Assembly (NCBI RefSeq): GCF_006345805.1
Contig: NC_043001.1
Span: forward strand, 102,176,001-102,240,000
Length of the DNA: 64,000 bases
DNA from: Octopus sinensis
Taxonomy: Eukaryota
Direction of reading: 5' to 3'
The notes below the pieces were generated by a model. That model was given only the letters and a program-made list of their open reading frames with translations. It had not been told where the DNA came from and did no database searches. Positions 23,666 to 38,060 of this stretch are shown here, one piece after another. Within the stretch, counting starts at the first letter, position 1. Each line of letters begins with the position of its first letter. Position numbers and translations under genes: made by a program.

Positions 23666-26600
23666 ATAATGAACTTAAAGAAGGGTGATCAAATAGGCAA
23701 TGATGGCACATTTAGAGTGATCAATACTTGACTACTAGCATTGCTGTGTTTACATTCTCATATCTCAGCAGTTCGGCATAAGAGACCGATAGAATAAGTA
23801 CCAAGCTTTAAAAAAATAAATGCTGGGATTGATTAAAAATTCAAGGCTGTGCCCCAGCATGGCCACAATCAAATGTCTAATACAAGTAAAAAGGTTAAAG
23901 GTTACCTACGCTAATTGCAACGGCTGTGAGTAGAAATAGGAAATCAGGAGACATTGTTTGGAATTTGGTCTCAACAGGTGGAAATCCAGTTTACCTTGAA
24001 AGCAAGAAAAGTAATTGGTTTGCAGAAATATTTTCATCTTGTTTCTGCAATATTACAACGTGGACGGTATTTAGTTTCCATCCCTTTACATTCAGTTTAA
24101 TTCTTTCCTCCTCTCCACTCCGACCAAAGTTAACTCTTTTGTCTTTGATCATTTTGTGATCAATAAAATATCCCAGTTATTTACCGGGACTGAGAAACCG
24201 TGTGTGCCTTCCACCCAGCATATGTAGCTTGTGTGTGTGTGTCTGTGTGTCAAAAATCAATATTCTATTCTTTTTGAAATCTCCAATTCTTCTCCCCCAC
24301 CCCCCTCAGCTATATTTTTATAGCCACTTGGTTATTCACTAAACAACTCTAATATTAATACCCAAGAAGGTGCCATCAAATATACTTGTATAACACTCCG
24401 TATTTAAATTAGGTGCGAGATGTTTTTGTCTCTAGTTATACGGCAGAGGACATGCAGCTAACTTTTTCATTAAATATTTATTATTACAATCTCTTTAAAC
24501 ACATTACATTGTTTCTGCTTGCGTGTTTTCTCTCTCAAGTGCTGTTCAGAGTAATACTTGATGTCTTCACATTTACAAAACATCAACAACAAACTAATAT
24601 TAGTGAAGCCATAACTCATTTAATAGTTCTGAAAGATTCGTATATTGGTAACGGCAGTTAATAGGTAGAGCGCCATCAACATTTTCTTCCTTTATTGAAG
24701 CAAAGTCAAAATAAAACAATAAAGTTAATAAATAAAAGATTACAAAAAAAAAAAGGACAAATTTGATATTCTCAAGGTTTTGATTTATTTATTTTTATTC
24801 ATAGGCATTAACAATATAAAATTTAATAAATTATTATAATTTAAGCGATGACTAATAAATAGCTTCAACAATTTTCAGTGGCTAATATATTAACAGCAGA
24901 AAAGACTTGAATAAGACAAGTGTTGCCAATGGAATATTGGTAAGACACAGTAGATATGTCAATATATGTGACAGACAAACAGACAGACATAGGAAACTTT
25001 TATAACTTTCAATTGTTACAAATATTCAATGATAATTTATTTCAAAACTTGGGAGGTCAAACAATGTTCAATGAAAATTTATTTCTAAGCGTCTAAGGTC
25101 AGAGAAACTCATTAAAAATAGTTTAATATTTGCAGTTTATTAGTGAAAGCTGGCATGTATAAACATGTTAAATATATTTTATATCATATTACAAATTTTA
25201 ATGAGCAATAAACTCCTCTCCTCTGCTTCTAGCACAGCAGAAGCTCATTCATTATCCGTTTCAGAATTAAAGAGTTGCAGCAAAGATAAAGTGAAATATT
25301 TCCTCTTTATAAAGATCGACTTTGGTTTTAGTGAAAGCAGCAAAACATATAAGAGAAGGCCCAAGCTCTAAAACCAGTCACTGCACTCCTTTAATGATGA
25401 GGCGCTCAAGACAGTCCTGTTGTCAGAGTGGTGATGGGTTAAATGTTACAGGTCCATAATCAAATACCTTGTATGTGTATTTGAATAAAGCCATACGATG
25501 TCCAATCAACTAGACCTGTCACCAAAGACACTCTAACAGCAACAAGAGTCTTTCCAAACACTTCATAATATACTATATTGTCTGGTATGTCCCTCCTAAT
25601 TTTAAAGATGGCAGATTGTGATTTGGTTCCTATTTCTAGAAGGTAAGCACTTAGCCCTCACACTGGCATACCACTATGTAGAATGGTTCAGTTTTCTGCT
25701 ACAGCAACTTACACTGTAGAGTTCAAATTTCTCCCGAGAGAAACTCATGTATGTATTAAAATGCTGAGCACTGTTGTGTTTTGTAACTGTAATTGTACAA
25801 GGGAGCTGTAGGACATGGCTTAGCAACTAACTGGACAGGGCAGATGTAAATAATCATTTAGACAACTTCTCGATTAGTGGAACTTATATCTAATTATGTA
25901 TTGAGTGTTTAAAACATGCAAGGGACTCTTTGACAATAGATTTAATCCACAGAACAATTACAATCAGAAAAAGGAAAACGTTGCTTGGTGCATTAATAAT
26001 TCATTGAACTAACTGCTGCCAATATACTATTTATGCAAATCAAGTTTTTGTGATTAGTGAAGTCCTTTAATCACTGTTCACATAAACAGACAACAGAAAG
26101 GTGCTTGGTTTCTGATATCTACAATATAAGATCCCTTTCTGTGCCCACGGAAATATATAAAAGTACTTCTTTACAGGCTGTGTCTTTTAACCATTGCACT
26201 CCTACCATAATTAATCTATAATACAATCACAGAATCAAAACCTATCATGATGTTCAATCCAAAGTAAATATATGTTAATATGAAAAGTGGTGGAAGTCCC
26301 AGTACACTCTAGTATTTTCTGTTAGTGATTTTTCATGTTAACTTTTATCAACTAACCTCTGAAATATAAAGTGTATGATGGTACAGGACTTCAAATGCAC
26401 ATAACATTAGTGATATTAAGATGTTAACTGAAAAGGTTAACCACAATCAAATTAAAATCATGTTTCATAAATACTCGAGATCCCAAATTGTAGGATCTTG
26501 ATTAAATTCTATGGAATATTCCAGCTTAGTAGTTAAAGTAAACATCTGACTCAATATTTTCTCGCATTAAACATCTATTAAGCCATATCCGGCCCAAATA

Positions 26601-28799
26601 TTCAATTTGTTTTATGTTCAAACTGGCCAGACCCAGCCTCTCACACCTACCCTACAATATCATTCTAAAAGTTAAAAAAAAAAAGAAACTGCTTCATCAA
26701 AATCTCAGTTATGAGATAATGCGTGGTTAATTGAAAACAATATGAATAAAGCATTACATTTGACTGAATGATCTAAATGCTAAAGGGTTAATCATAATTG
26801 TGTTCAGCAAACATGACCAAGAAGTTATTTTTCTAGCTTGTAGAGTTTTTATTGTACTATGGAATATATACATAACATATTCTCAGTATTTCTCTGTCAT
26901 TTTAAGATTTCCTTGTTCTTTCGAGTGTAGAGGGGGGGGGGACTGCATCTTAATTCTAGCTCAACTGCAATGGATACTGCTGCAGAATTTCAATGTGATG
27001 TGACCACAGTTGAACCATGTATCCTTGTACATAGACACAAAGATTTGATTGGCAGAAATGAATAATAAAATCATTGACGAATATCAAAATACTAACCAGA
27101 AAGAAATAATAGCAGACCGAATGAAGCCATGCTACAGCAGACAAACAATGGGTCGGGGGGGGGGGGGGGAGGGCGTGCTAGCTGAAACTTAATAATAACA
27201 GAAGCAGACATGTTGGTCAGTTGAACTTTGACATTTGGGCCACTTGAGGCATGACTACTTTAATCTGTCTCTAAGTTGACATCACCTGGAAACACGAGTG
27301 ATATGTGAAGCATTAATCTTATTCAGGTTCATCACTTGGCTATTTGGAAGGTTATCAAAAGTACTTGTGATCTTGCAGCCCTATGCGGGGGGGGGGACCA
27401 CAAGGAGCTTGTTATTGTCCTCATCATGTAATGAGAGAGAGAGAGGGGGAGGGTGGGGTGGGGAAAGGGAATGTTTTCTGTCAGGCCATGTTGTAAATAG
27501 ACTTTACACTTCTATTGGATTATCATCCTTGTATCCTGTTCATGTCAAAAGTGAAGCCAGCTGCCATTTTAGCTTCTGTTAAGTCAAGTAGGATGTTTCT
27601 TAATGCATGTCAATTTGTGGTGAGCTTATAATTAGTGATCCCTGAACTGTAAAGATCCAATAATCATGAGAGGGGGGGGAAAAAAAAACCTCTTTCAAAT
27701 AAAAAAATACCTTGTGTAGTTCTTGTTCTGCCAAATCAAACAATCCTTTGTCACTCTCCGCATTAGAAACGGGAATTTGGTGATTGACCTCAGTGTCAGT
27801 CAATTATGATTATAAATATTAAAGATCATTGAAAGACTATGGAATGGAGCATTTCTTGAATTAAGGATATTTGCTCTAATAGTGATACAACATTTGTTTA
27901 CAACTATGATAGAATAACAGCAGTTAAACAAATAATCTGGTGATAGAAAATATATTTGCTGAGTACAACACATAATTGCTTTAGCTAGGAAAATAAAAGC
28001 TCAAAACTGCTTTTATTTACTTAAAAATTCAATGACTATGTTTCTGAAACACTCCAGGGTTTGTAGCATTAATATTTTACCTTAATTATTGTGGGTGTAA
28101 AGAAAATATAGACAAAAGCTTAATCCTATAAAAGATCCGAAAATGTAGCTTCAGAAAGAGTAAATCAAACAGCAAAACGTTTTCTGGGGATGAAAACATA
28201 AAGGACAACCACTTTCTATAATTATGTGTGATTTAACCATAAAACACATTCTGGAAGAGGAGGTAAGAAATCTGGAACAGAAAATAATTATTTGCAGTAA
28301 CAGTCAAACCATTTATTTGAAATTGGTAAGAATTACATAATGAAAATGCTAGTCAAAACAAAATATCACCTGAGTTTGGATTAATAAGGAGACTGTTCTT
28401 AAAATGAAAGCCATTGACCAGGTAGAGCCCTTTACACCACAGAGATCTAAAATAAAATTTTAAAAACTCCCTGGTCACACAAACAAACAAAAATCAGAAA
28501 TTTCCATTTTCTAACCAATAACTTTCACACTTACAGGAGAATGAAACTATTTCCATCAATACTAACCCCTCCCCACTATTAGTCCAGGAGCACAAATCAT
28601 TCACTAAACATGGACATTTGAAAGATATTTGCATATTTGATGAAAATATTATTATTATGTTATAGATATGTTGTGAACAAAATTATAAAGAGTAATTCTC
28701 CACCCTGCAAGATCTTATCAATTCATTTATAATAATATAATTTAGCTAATAAGAATGAGTTTTAAATCTTGTAGCATATCCACAAAGTGTTATCATGAA

Positions 28800-29232
28800 T
28801 ACTTTGAGGATTGGAGTACAAATTGTTTGCCAATATAATATGACAGTCCTGGTTTAGGACAACTGTTGCTGTAATTTAGCCCCAGGAGACATCGTCTCCA
28901 ACTAGCTATATGCCATGATTGGTGTCTTTATATTTTCGAACAAGAGAATCTAGCACCCCAACTCAGCTCAAAACAATATCTGTGTACTGTGATTTCTAGG
29001 TTATTTCTAGGTCATCAGCACAGAACAATTATTCTGTGCTGATGAAGTGAAATAATCTGAAAATCGCGATACACAGATATTGTTTTGAGCTGAGTTGGGG
29101 TGCTAGATTCCCTTGTTCGAAAATATAAGGGCAAAGACGTGTCATATAGCCAGCTGGGGCTAAATTACAGCAACATTCATCCTAAACCAGGACCACCATG
29201 TTATGTTGGCAAACAATCTGTACTCCAAAGTA
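28800..29232. mobile_element. ~430-bp palindromic (foldback) MITE-like element
   Basis: Arms ttggagtaca...tcatcagcacagaa / ttctgtgctgatga...tgtactccaa meeting at a very short loop. Confidence 0.8.
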
Positions 29233-29859
29233 CTGTTGCTGAATATCTCTCATTGTGAGATTTTAAAAAATAGTCATTTTCTAATTTTGAGGAATGTTTG
29301 AAAAGAGATCAGTGTTCTAAGATGGATTATGTTCTCTGCTTAGTATTCTGGCTAAATGGACAATGTATGTCAGGAATCTTCCTGACATACATTGTCCATT
29401 TAGCCAGAATGGCAAAAGGAATGGAAGTATGTAAAGTAGGCTTGAAAGGGAAAAAGAAAATCATTCCTTTTCTTAATAAGTTCTTGTCTCTTTTACTTGT
29501 CTCAGTCATTAGACAGCGGCCTAGCTGGGGCACTAACTTGAAGAATTTTAGTTAAACTAATCAACCCCAATACTTTTATTTTGGTTTTAAGGCCAGGTGC
29601 TTATTCTATCAGTCTCTTTTGCCAAACTCCTACATTATGAGTACAGATGCAAAGTCATAAACCCGTATACATACAACAGGCTTCTTTCAGTTTCCATTTA
29701 ATAAATCCACTCATAAAGCCTGAGGCTATAGTAGACAACATGCCAAAGGTGCCGTGCAGTGGGACTGAACCCGGGACCATGTGACTGGGAAGCAAACTTC
29801 TTGCCACACAAGCATGCTTGCACCTATAGCCACATGTCTACATGTGATTATATAACTTA

Positions 29860-30165
29860 CCTATGTATATAGGAGCACTCTGTCGGTTACGACAACAAGG
29901 GTCCCAGCTGATACGATCAATGGAACAGCTTGCTCGTGAAAGTAACGTGCAAGTGGCTGAGAACTCCACAGACACATGTACCCTTAAGTGTGACAAGGCT
30001 GGTCCTTTTAATTGCAGGTACAACTCATTTTTGCCAGCTGAGGGGATGGAAGTACTGTGAAATAAAGTGTCTTGCTGAAGGACACAACGTGTCACTGGGA
30101 ACTGAACTCATGACCTTACGATTGTGAGCCGAATGCCCTAACCACTAAGCCATGCACCTTCCCAC
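29860..30165 (-). mobile_element. tRNA-derived SINE (OR-like), older copy
   Basis: Same family as 62737-63055; minus-strand head gcatggcttagtggttagggcattcggctc...gagttcagttccc. Confidence 0.8.
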
Positions 30166-33100
30166 ACGCACATATATATGTATATATACATAACAACGTT
30201 AAGGCCAACAACCATCCTCATCATTGCCAACATCACAACTACTACCATCCACTGATACTACATTTCAAATGCAACAATCTGTGCTGTGATGCTGCAGAAG
30301 GGTCGTTTACTTTCTATTTAGAGAGTAGTAAATCAAAATAGGATCTTCCTCAGAGAGAGAGAGAGAGAGAGAAGCAGTAAAAGTTTCCTGACACCAGTGA
30401 TCTGCAGTGAGTTGTTTAGATAGAGGGAAAAAAAAAAACGAAAAAGAGAGAGAGAAAAGAAAGCTGGCAGCAGTCACAGAGAAGTAAATCTTTCAAAACA
30501 GCAAAGGAAGCAGGAGTGAGTTGATGCCGAACATGAAATTACAGAGAAGGCCGAAAATATTGCTGTCAAAGTTACAGGAACATAATCAAGTTAAAGCAAT
30601 CGTTCAAGATTTATAGGACAAAGGAGACAAAATATAAACTAAAATACAATTAAGAGAGAGAGAGAGGTTAAACTGGAGTTTCTTTTTCATTTTTTTCCCT
30701 CCCTCCATTTTGCTCACTTGATCTTTTCTATCTTCAAACTAATTCTGCTGTTGTTGTACAACAGAAAATAAAAGTATCACCTATGCTATGTAGGTACAAA
30801 TTCTCACTCTGCAATCAATCATCAACTTCTTTTTTGATTATTATTATTATTATTATTATGTGCTTCTGGGGAAGGAAAATGGGTAGATTTTGAGCTTCTG
30901 GTAAGTTAAAGTACAACATTCAGAAAATAGTGAGTTGCTTGTATTTAAAAGACATGAAACTGGAAAAAAAACCCCCAAAACACATTAAATTTATGTGGGG
31001 AATTTGCTGGTTGGAGACCAGCAAATTTTTAGAGTTGCAGCCAATATGACCATAAGGGAACGCTAAAATTGGTTGAAATATTTAATTTAATATGATGTTA
31101 TTTTTCATTCTAATGATGACCATAAGATAACAACAAAGCTGTTATGTAATGAAATGGATAAAAGTGAACATTTGTTTGGTAGGCAGGGAAAACATTTTGG
31201 AAACTCATTAAAAGACAGATATCAACAAAGACAATAGGGAAAAACTGGCTAAAGAAAGACCACGATAACATATTTTAATATACAGAAGTGGGTGGGAAAA
31301 CTGTTGATATCACAGAAAAAAAAAAAAAAAAAGACACAGAACAAATTTATATTCACATGTAAATGAAGAGGAGAGACTGGATGTGATATCAGTAAAATTT
31401 GGAATTATAAATCACTTGTGAATGTTAGAGTAAAATGAAGTATACCACAAAAAAAAAAGGCAGTGTGGTCCTTACAACTTGTGAACACCACTTCTCATTT
31501 TGACAATGGTATTATGACAGTGAAAGGAGATAAGGTGGAGATTGGGGCCTGTGGTAGGATATCAACTGATGTTGGTTTTCTTTCAAGAGAAAAAACAAGA
31601 TGAGCTTGCAAGTACACTAATATTAGTGAAAAGTGACAAGAGTTGGGCCATAAATATTAACAACAGAATCTACAAGTAACTGAGATTTGTTAATGTGGTT
31701 GAAAACAAGAAATAGATATTTTCACAGTGCAGGAAAGAGGTTTTTAAAATATTCTATGAGAGAGCTGCAAAGGAGATGAATGGAAGACAGAAACTAGAAG
31801 AATAATATATTTGTTAAAACAAAATGGGAAATGGAATTGCTTCTCAAAGAGGAAATTGGAAAATAACTTGGTAATATTTGAGTAGAAATCTGTAAAAAAT
31901 GTTGCACTGAATCTATGTTCTAAGTATGGCATAGATTCACAATAATCGAGGTATTGGAATGTAAGAGATGACACAGATTTTGTAGTATGCAGGTTGGAGA
32001 AATATAACTACAAAGATGTGAGATAGGATGTGGGAAAGTTTGTGAAGTAACAGTCTATAGAAGACAGGAAGGGATGCCACACCAGCCTTGGTGAGATTTA
32101 AAACGATAGAAATAGGGAATGATCATATTAGGTGCAATGGAAAGGGATTAGAATAGTACGATAATGCCATAAGTGTTGCTGCAGAAGGTGGAATTCACCA
32201 ATACAGTAAAGACTATAAGCAATTAGCAAGCTCCAGAAATTGACAAAAGTCTCTAATTTCAGGCTAAAATACTTAATCAGTTTTCATAACTCTGTGGTGA
32301 CAACATTCAGTGGATTGGTGAATGGACCAGAATCAAAACCCAGCTGGTTACATGAAGGGAAAACAATCCTAGTTTCCCCAAATCACAAATCAATAATAAG
32401 TAGTATACAAAGTTCTAAAATATAGACATCTATGTTCATGTAGATAATAATAATGTCTTAGCAGAGAAAGAGACGAGACCACCACTACAACAGGAGGAAA
32501 AAAAAAAAAAAGGCATAGATTATTACCCAAAAGAGTTTGACAGCGTATATGCTGACGACTATTGAAAAGTCTACATAATACATAAAGCAGCCTTGATACT
32601 AAAACGGTTACAAAAGAAGCCTTTCCACTCCTTCTGAAGATAATAAAACGCATAGTTTTGGAAGATAGACATGCATCTGGTGGTGTTGTAAAAATTCACA
32701 TGGAATTATTGAAAACACATAATGCTAAACAAGTCAGTGATTAATTGAGCCTTATTGATTCAATTAACTGTCGCAGCTGTACAATATATAATGCAGAACC
32801 AACTGGACAAAAGTGGAACAAGAAATATTAAACTGGTTTATTAGGAATATTACAACAGAGTAAGACATCTTTTATCCATAATCCAATGCTTAAAGTATCT
32901 CTTTCCTAATTTTCTATGCAGGCATGGCTGTGTACTAAGAAGATTGTTTCTCCAACCACATGGTTCCAGGTTCAGTCCCTTAAAATGGCACCTTGGGCAA
33001 CCTTGTGAGTGGATCTGGTAGACAGAAACTGAAAGAAGCCCATCCTATGGGTGTGTGTGTGTGTTTGTGTTTATCCCCCCCACCACTGACAACAGGTGTT

Positions 33101-33321
33101 GGTGTGTTTATGTTCTTGTAATTTAATGGCTTAGCAAAAGAGACCGATAGAATAAGTACTATGTTTAAAAAATAGAATACTGGGGTTGATTTATTCAAAT
33201 GAAACTTCAAGGTAGTGCTGCAGCATGGTCGTAATCTATTGACTGAAACAAGAAGAAGATAAAAGAAATGCATATCTAGTAGTGAAACACACACACACCC
33301 TTAGTAAATATTGAACAACTC

Positions 33322-34240
33322 ATCATCATCACCACCACCATCATCATCTTAACATCCGTTTTCCATGCTGGCATGGGTTGGGCAGTTTGACCAGGGCTGG
33401 CAAGCTGAACAGTTGCTCAAGCTCCAGTTGACTGTTTTAGCATGGTTTCAACAGCTGGATGCTCTTCCTGATGCCAAACACTTTACAGAGTGTACTGCAG
33501 CACCAGTACAGGTGCTTCTTTACATAGCACCAGCCTCTACAAGTCTGCAAGATTAGGGACGCTCAGCTGGGGAGGGTTGCAAGGGACAAGCCTGGATGCA
33601 AGAGCAACCATGCTTTTCCTTAGCTTGGCGTGTCTTTTCAAGCACAGCAAACCACCCAGAATCCTGGTCCCCCTGTCCTCCCCTCCGTGAGTCCTAATGT
33701 TTGTAGATCCTTTCTCACCACTTCATCCTATGTCTTCCTGGGTCTATCCCTTCCACATGTTCCCTCTACAATTAGAGATCGGCACCTCTTGATGCAACTG
33801 TCCTCATTCATATGCATTACATGGCCATACCAGCACAGTCTTCTCTCTTACACACGACACCTGATGCCATGTATACCCTATTTTCCCCTCAAATCACTTA
33901 TAATCTGTCGTATATGCACACTGACATTACCCACCCAGTGAAGCATACTGGCTTCATACCTTTGAAGTCTTCGCATATCCTCAGTATTCACAGCCCATGT
34001 CTCACTGCCATGCAGCATAGCTGTCCATACACAGGCATCATACAATCTGCCTTTCACTCTGAGAGAGAACTCCTTCATTACTAACAGACATAGAAACTCT
34101 CTCAACTTTGCCCAGTCTATTCTTATTCTAGCATCTATGCTTTTGGAATAGCCACCCCAACTACTAACTCAGTCACCTGAGTAATAGAAGCTGTCTACTA
34201 CTTCTAAGGACCCCCCCCCCCCATGACATCTGAGAGAGTC
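33322..34240 (-). mobile_element. 5'-truncated RTE LINE
   Basis: Peptide REFLCLLVMKEFSLRVKGRLYDACVWTAMLHGSETWAVNTEDMRRLQRYEASML plus 3' UTR and (CAT)n tail. Confidence 0.9.
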
Positions 34241-36170
34241 TACTTTTTTGTTCATTCTTAGAGTTTAATGAACCTGCACTTCAAACACATGTGAAGACTA
34301 CTTTCACCGTTAGTTGTCCAGTGATACCGCTGGACCTCTTATGTGTCCATAGCTTGTACTGAGTAGACCTTATGGAGTTTCTCCTGACACCGTTTGTCTG
34401 TTTTCCTATTGCTACTTTTTTTGGCAAAACAGATTGCCAAAATATAAAAGAGGACTAATGGGATAGCAATAATAGGTGAAACACAAGAACTGAGAGCTTA
34501 CCTTCGAGTCTTAGGCAACCACTGGCTCATGGGCCACATGCAGGACTTTCAGAATGTCATGCCTCATTATCTTTAATTCCTTTTGCAGGAAGGTCCAGCT
34601 GATGATGGTGATGCATGCCTGATATGACCTGCTTCTCATAAAATCTTATCCTGTTTTATTATACCAAAAACATCCACCAGTTCTTTATAAATTCTGCATT
34701 GCATGGAACTGTTAATATACCAAAGAAAGAACCTTGTCTAAAGTTCAAATTGGCAGCTACAGTTTCTCTTCCCTGTCTTAAATATCCACACGGAATTCAA
34801 GAATGTCAAAGATTTTATGAGGATAACTCTTTAGATTGAAACTGAACAGGGAATTATAAAATGAAACTGACCCCTATTGGATGGTGAAATATTCCACAAT
34901 GACACACACTCTCTCTCCACTCTGGTACCAACACCATTAATCAACATTCTAAAACAGATTAGACACAAGTATAGTTGTACAATGAAGTGATGATCAACCA
35001 TCCCCACAATATATGAATGACTTCTGTTTGTTGAGAGAGTTAAACAATTTGAAGTATGGATGACGACAAACAAAAAAGTTTTCAAAAAAACAAAAAAAAA
35101 GACAGAAAAATCTACTAATAAAATATAAAGACCTGAAGAAAAAGGAATTAGACTAAACACAAATTTACAAATAATTAGGAATTAATGAACTAGGCTGAGT
35201 AGAACACTAACGAAACAAAAGGTTAGAAACTAATTCTATAAACACAAATGATTATGATTTAAAGTATTAAGTCTGTTGATAATGAAGTTATGTTCTGGAA
35301 GTTATATATTCTATATGATAATATATTATAAAAGTTATTGCAGCTATATTTAATTGAGTGTTAAGTGAATTATCAAGTCTAGAGAGGAAAATCAGAAAAA
35401 TATTTACTGTAGTTAAAATATACAAACCCAAAAGTGATTCAAAGATAATATTTAACACCAAAAAACTAATTATAAAATATCTTTTGAAGGACTCGAAAAA
35501 TATCCCCAAGTATCCTTATACAAATAGTTAGAACACATGAAAGAGAAAGGTTTCATTTTTCAGGTAAACCAACAGGGGTTAAGGTAACAGGAGGTAGTTG
35601 TACTGAAGATGAAGGTTTAGAACATCAGAATCGTACACAGACCCAATTGAAGTGAAAAACTTCTGCAAAACTAAACAGCAAAAATATTCAGATGTGGGAA
35701 GAAAATCTCCAACCAATGCCTGTCCGACAGAATTTTGCAAACTGGAATTGGTTAAAGAAAAACATCAAAGATGAATCCAAAGAATTTTGGTTCCATTACC
35801 AGGAAGTACCACATACAATAATGATGTAGATTATATAAAAAAGGAGGAACTTCAGAATGTGTGGAGGCTGTGATAAAAAAGTAATCAATCCCATTGTTTC
35901 TGACTGTTTTGTCTTAGTGAAAATGGATTATTCAAACAGACATGACATTCACATAGTGGAAACCTTGCCAATATTAATTATACGAAGAGAAAGGAGATGA
36001 TATAAGCTTTTATGATAAAAGATTTGAGAAAATGTCAAAGCAATCATAGTCTAGGACATGCTGATTTACACAAATAGAAAGATTAAGGAATAAAGCTAGG
36101 ATATTATATAGTCAGAGATCATAAAGGAGAAACAGATGTCTCATAACCAACATATCAATTGCAGAGGATA

Positions 36171-36174
<4 letters not shown>

Positions 36175-36207
<33 letters not shown>

Positions 36208-36214
36208 ATATATG

Positions 36215-36265
<51 letters not shown>

Positions 36266-36327
36266 ATATGTATGTATATATATATATATATGTACACACA
36301 CACACATATATATACACACACACACAC

Positions 36328-36385
<58 letters not shown>
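36175..36385. repeat. Compound (TA)n/(TG)n/(CA)n microsatellite
   Basis: Seen directly; source of six spurious ORFs. Many similar tracts elsewhere (e.g. 7070-7200, 11380-11560, 61850-61920). Confidence 0.95.
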
Positions 36386-37794
36386 GTGAATCATAATGAA
36401 ATGGAGAATCTATCCAAAATATAAAAAGCTGAAAATAGAGATATTCAGAATGTGTGGGTTGAAAATAGAAATGATCCTCCTAATACTGGGTGCCTTGGGA
36501 ATGATACAAGAAAATGCAGACAACTACGGAAGGAAAACAGATTTATAAAGCATACACAACATAGAAAATGTATGTTGTGTATATGGCTACTGTGTATTTG
36601 AAATTTGAGAAAAAACACAAAAGCAAAATATCGCATGAAAGGCAAGGCTGATGGGGCTGCACTTGTTTGTACAGTGAAATCCCATGATATTACAAGTGAA
36701 AGAAGAAGAAGAAGAAATTCTGAAGACATCCCTATATCCATAGATACCATTAACGTATTTCAACACTAAACATATATAGCAATATTAGGAACTCCTTTAA
36801 ATATTTAAGACTTTAGCATTTGAAACTAGCCACATCCAGCTCAAATATTCTGTTTTGTTCAAACCAGCCAGATCCAGCTTCTCACACCTACCCTACAATG
36901 TCATTCTAAAAATAAGCAACCACATCATTGAAATCTAAAAGCTGTGAGACAATGCATGATTCATTCTGGCAACAAGGTGAATAAACAAGCCCCACATTTG
37001 ACAGAATGATCTCAATGCCAAAGGCTTCAGCTGATGGTGGTGTTAATGAAATAGTTTAATTACTCCACAGCTTCTGTTAGCAGTGGAAGGATCGATTGAT
37101 CATAGATTAAAACTTACAGCTAAATCTAAGTGTAACAGGAAAAAGACAAAAATTAAATAGATATCTCAACTTAATTACATATGGAACTCATTCTGGTTAA
37201 GAAAAAAATGTGAAAACATAAAAGAGTTGCAACTAAACGAATGAATAATAGAGATGCTGACAAATGAAAAGATGGCTGTAGGGTGAATAAAGAAAGCTAA
37301 ATGGAAACTAGAAAAATGGATATATATCGATAACTAAAAAGCCATTGATATTGTCCTTTATTCAATGATTCTGGAAACATTAACCTTGACTGTTTCTTGT
37401 GAATACGAAACTAGTGTAATGGTTTGATCCTAACTCTATTCTTGCTGCTAAATCACTTCCACGGTAACCAAATTCTTTCCATTATTGTCTCTATAAATTA
37501 CAGACATTACTGCTTATGGCACACTTATGGTCTTTACACTTGCTCTACTTCTATTGGAAGTACCTTTTTGTTATAACTGGATGTTGTTATTCGAATAGGA
37601 AGGAAAAAAAAAAAGGCTTTGTCATAGCTTCCTTTCTAAAACACTTTGATGTCTGTTGTAAGATCACTCACCACTCATAACTTGTACGATCATGTGGGAG
37701 GCCACCACTTGGTGGGGAATAAGAATAACTCAACTAAAAACCATTTCCAGCAACTGGTTTGGCTCTAATTTACTGGATATCAACCAAATGTTTT

Positions 37795-38060
37795 TTTCAA
37801 ATTATTTACATTTGATGGATATTTGTCCTCATCTTGTTTGTTGTTAACACAACATTTTGGCTGATAAACCTTCCAGCCTTCATCACATGTCTTGGGGAAA
37901 TTTTGAACCTGGGTTCTCATTCCTAAGGTATTTTTAGATGCTATTATTATTATTCAGGTCACTGCCTGGAATCGAACTCGGTTAGTAGCCCATGCTCTTA
38001 ACCACTATGCCATATGCCGATGGGCATATGGCAGTGACGTGAATAATAATAATAATAAAT
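37795..38060 (-). mobile_element. tRNA-headed, hammerhead-tailed short element, copy 2
   Basis: Same tail as 10418-10620; head collinear with the tail on the minus strand; same flanking inverted repeats. Confidence 0.8.
37846..37892 (-). ncRNA. Minimal type I hammerhead motif, degenerate copy
   Basis: Minus strand AGACAT-GTGATGA-A-GGCTG-gaaggtttat-CAGCC-AAAA-TG-TT-GTGTT; stem II intact, C3 and G12 mutated. Confidence 0.55.

Noticed and set aside
27600-27803. ORF TDTEVNHQIPVSNAESDKGLFDLAEQELHK with AAG|GTATTT donor
   Set aside because: An in-frame stop lies immediately upstream, the start is TTG and there is no usable acceptor.
29030-29065. CTGATGA..GAAA at the centre of the large palindrome
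   Set aside because: No proper stem II/III/I geometry; explained by the foldback itself.
31001-31027. Perfect 11-bp hairpin aatttgctggt/accagcaaatt
   Set aside because: Isolated and short; not interpretable without context in a eukaryotic genome.
36112-36424. Cluster of overlapping ORFs (YI/CV/HT repeats)
   Set aside because: Translation of dinucleotide microsatellites; the same applies to most short ORFs in the track.
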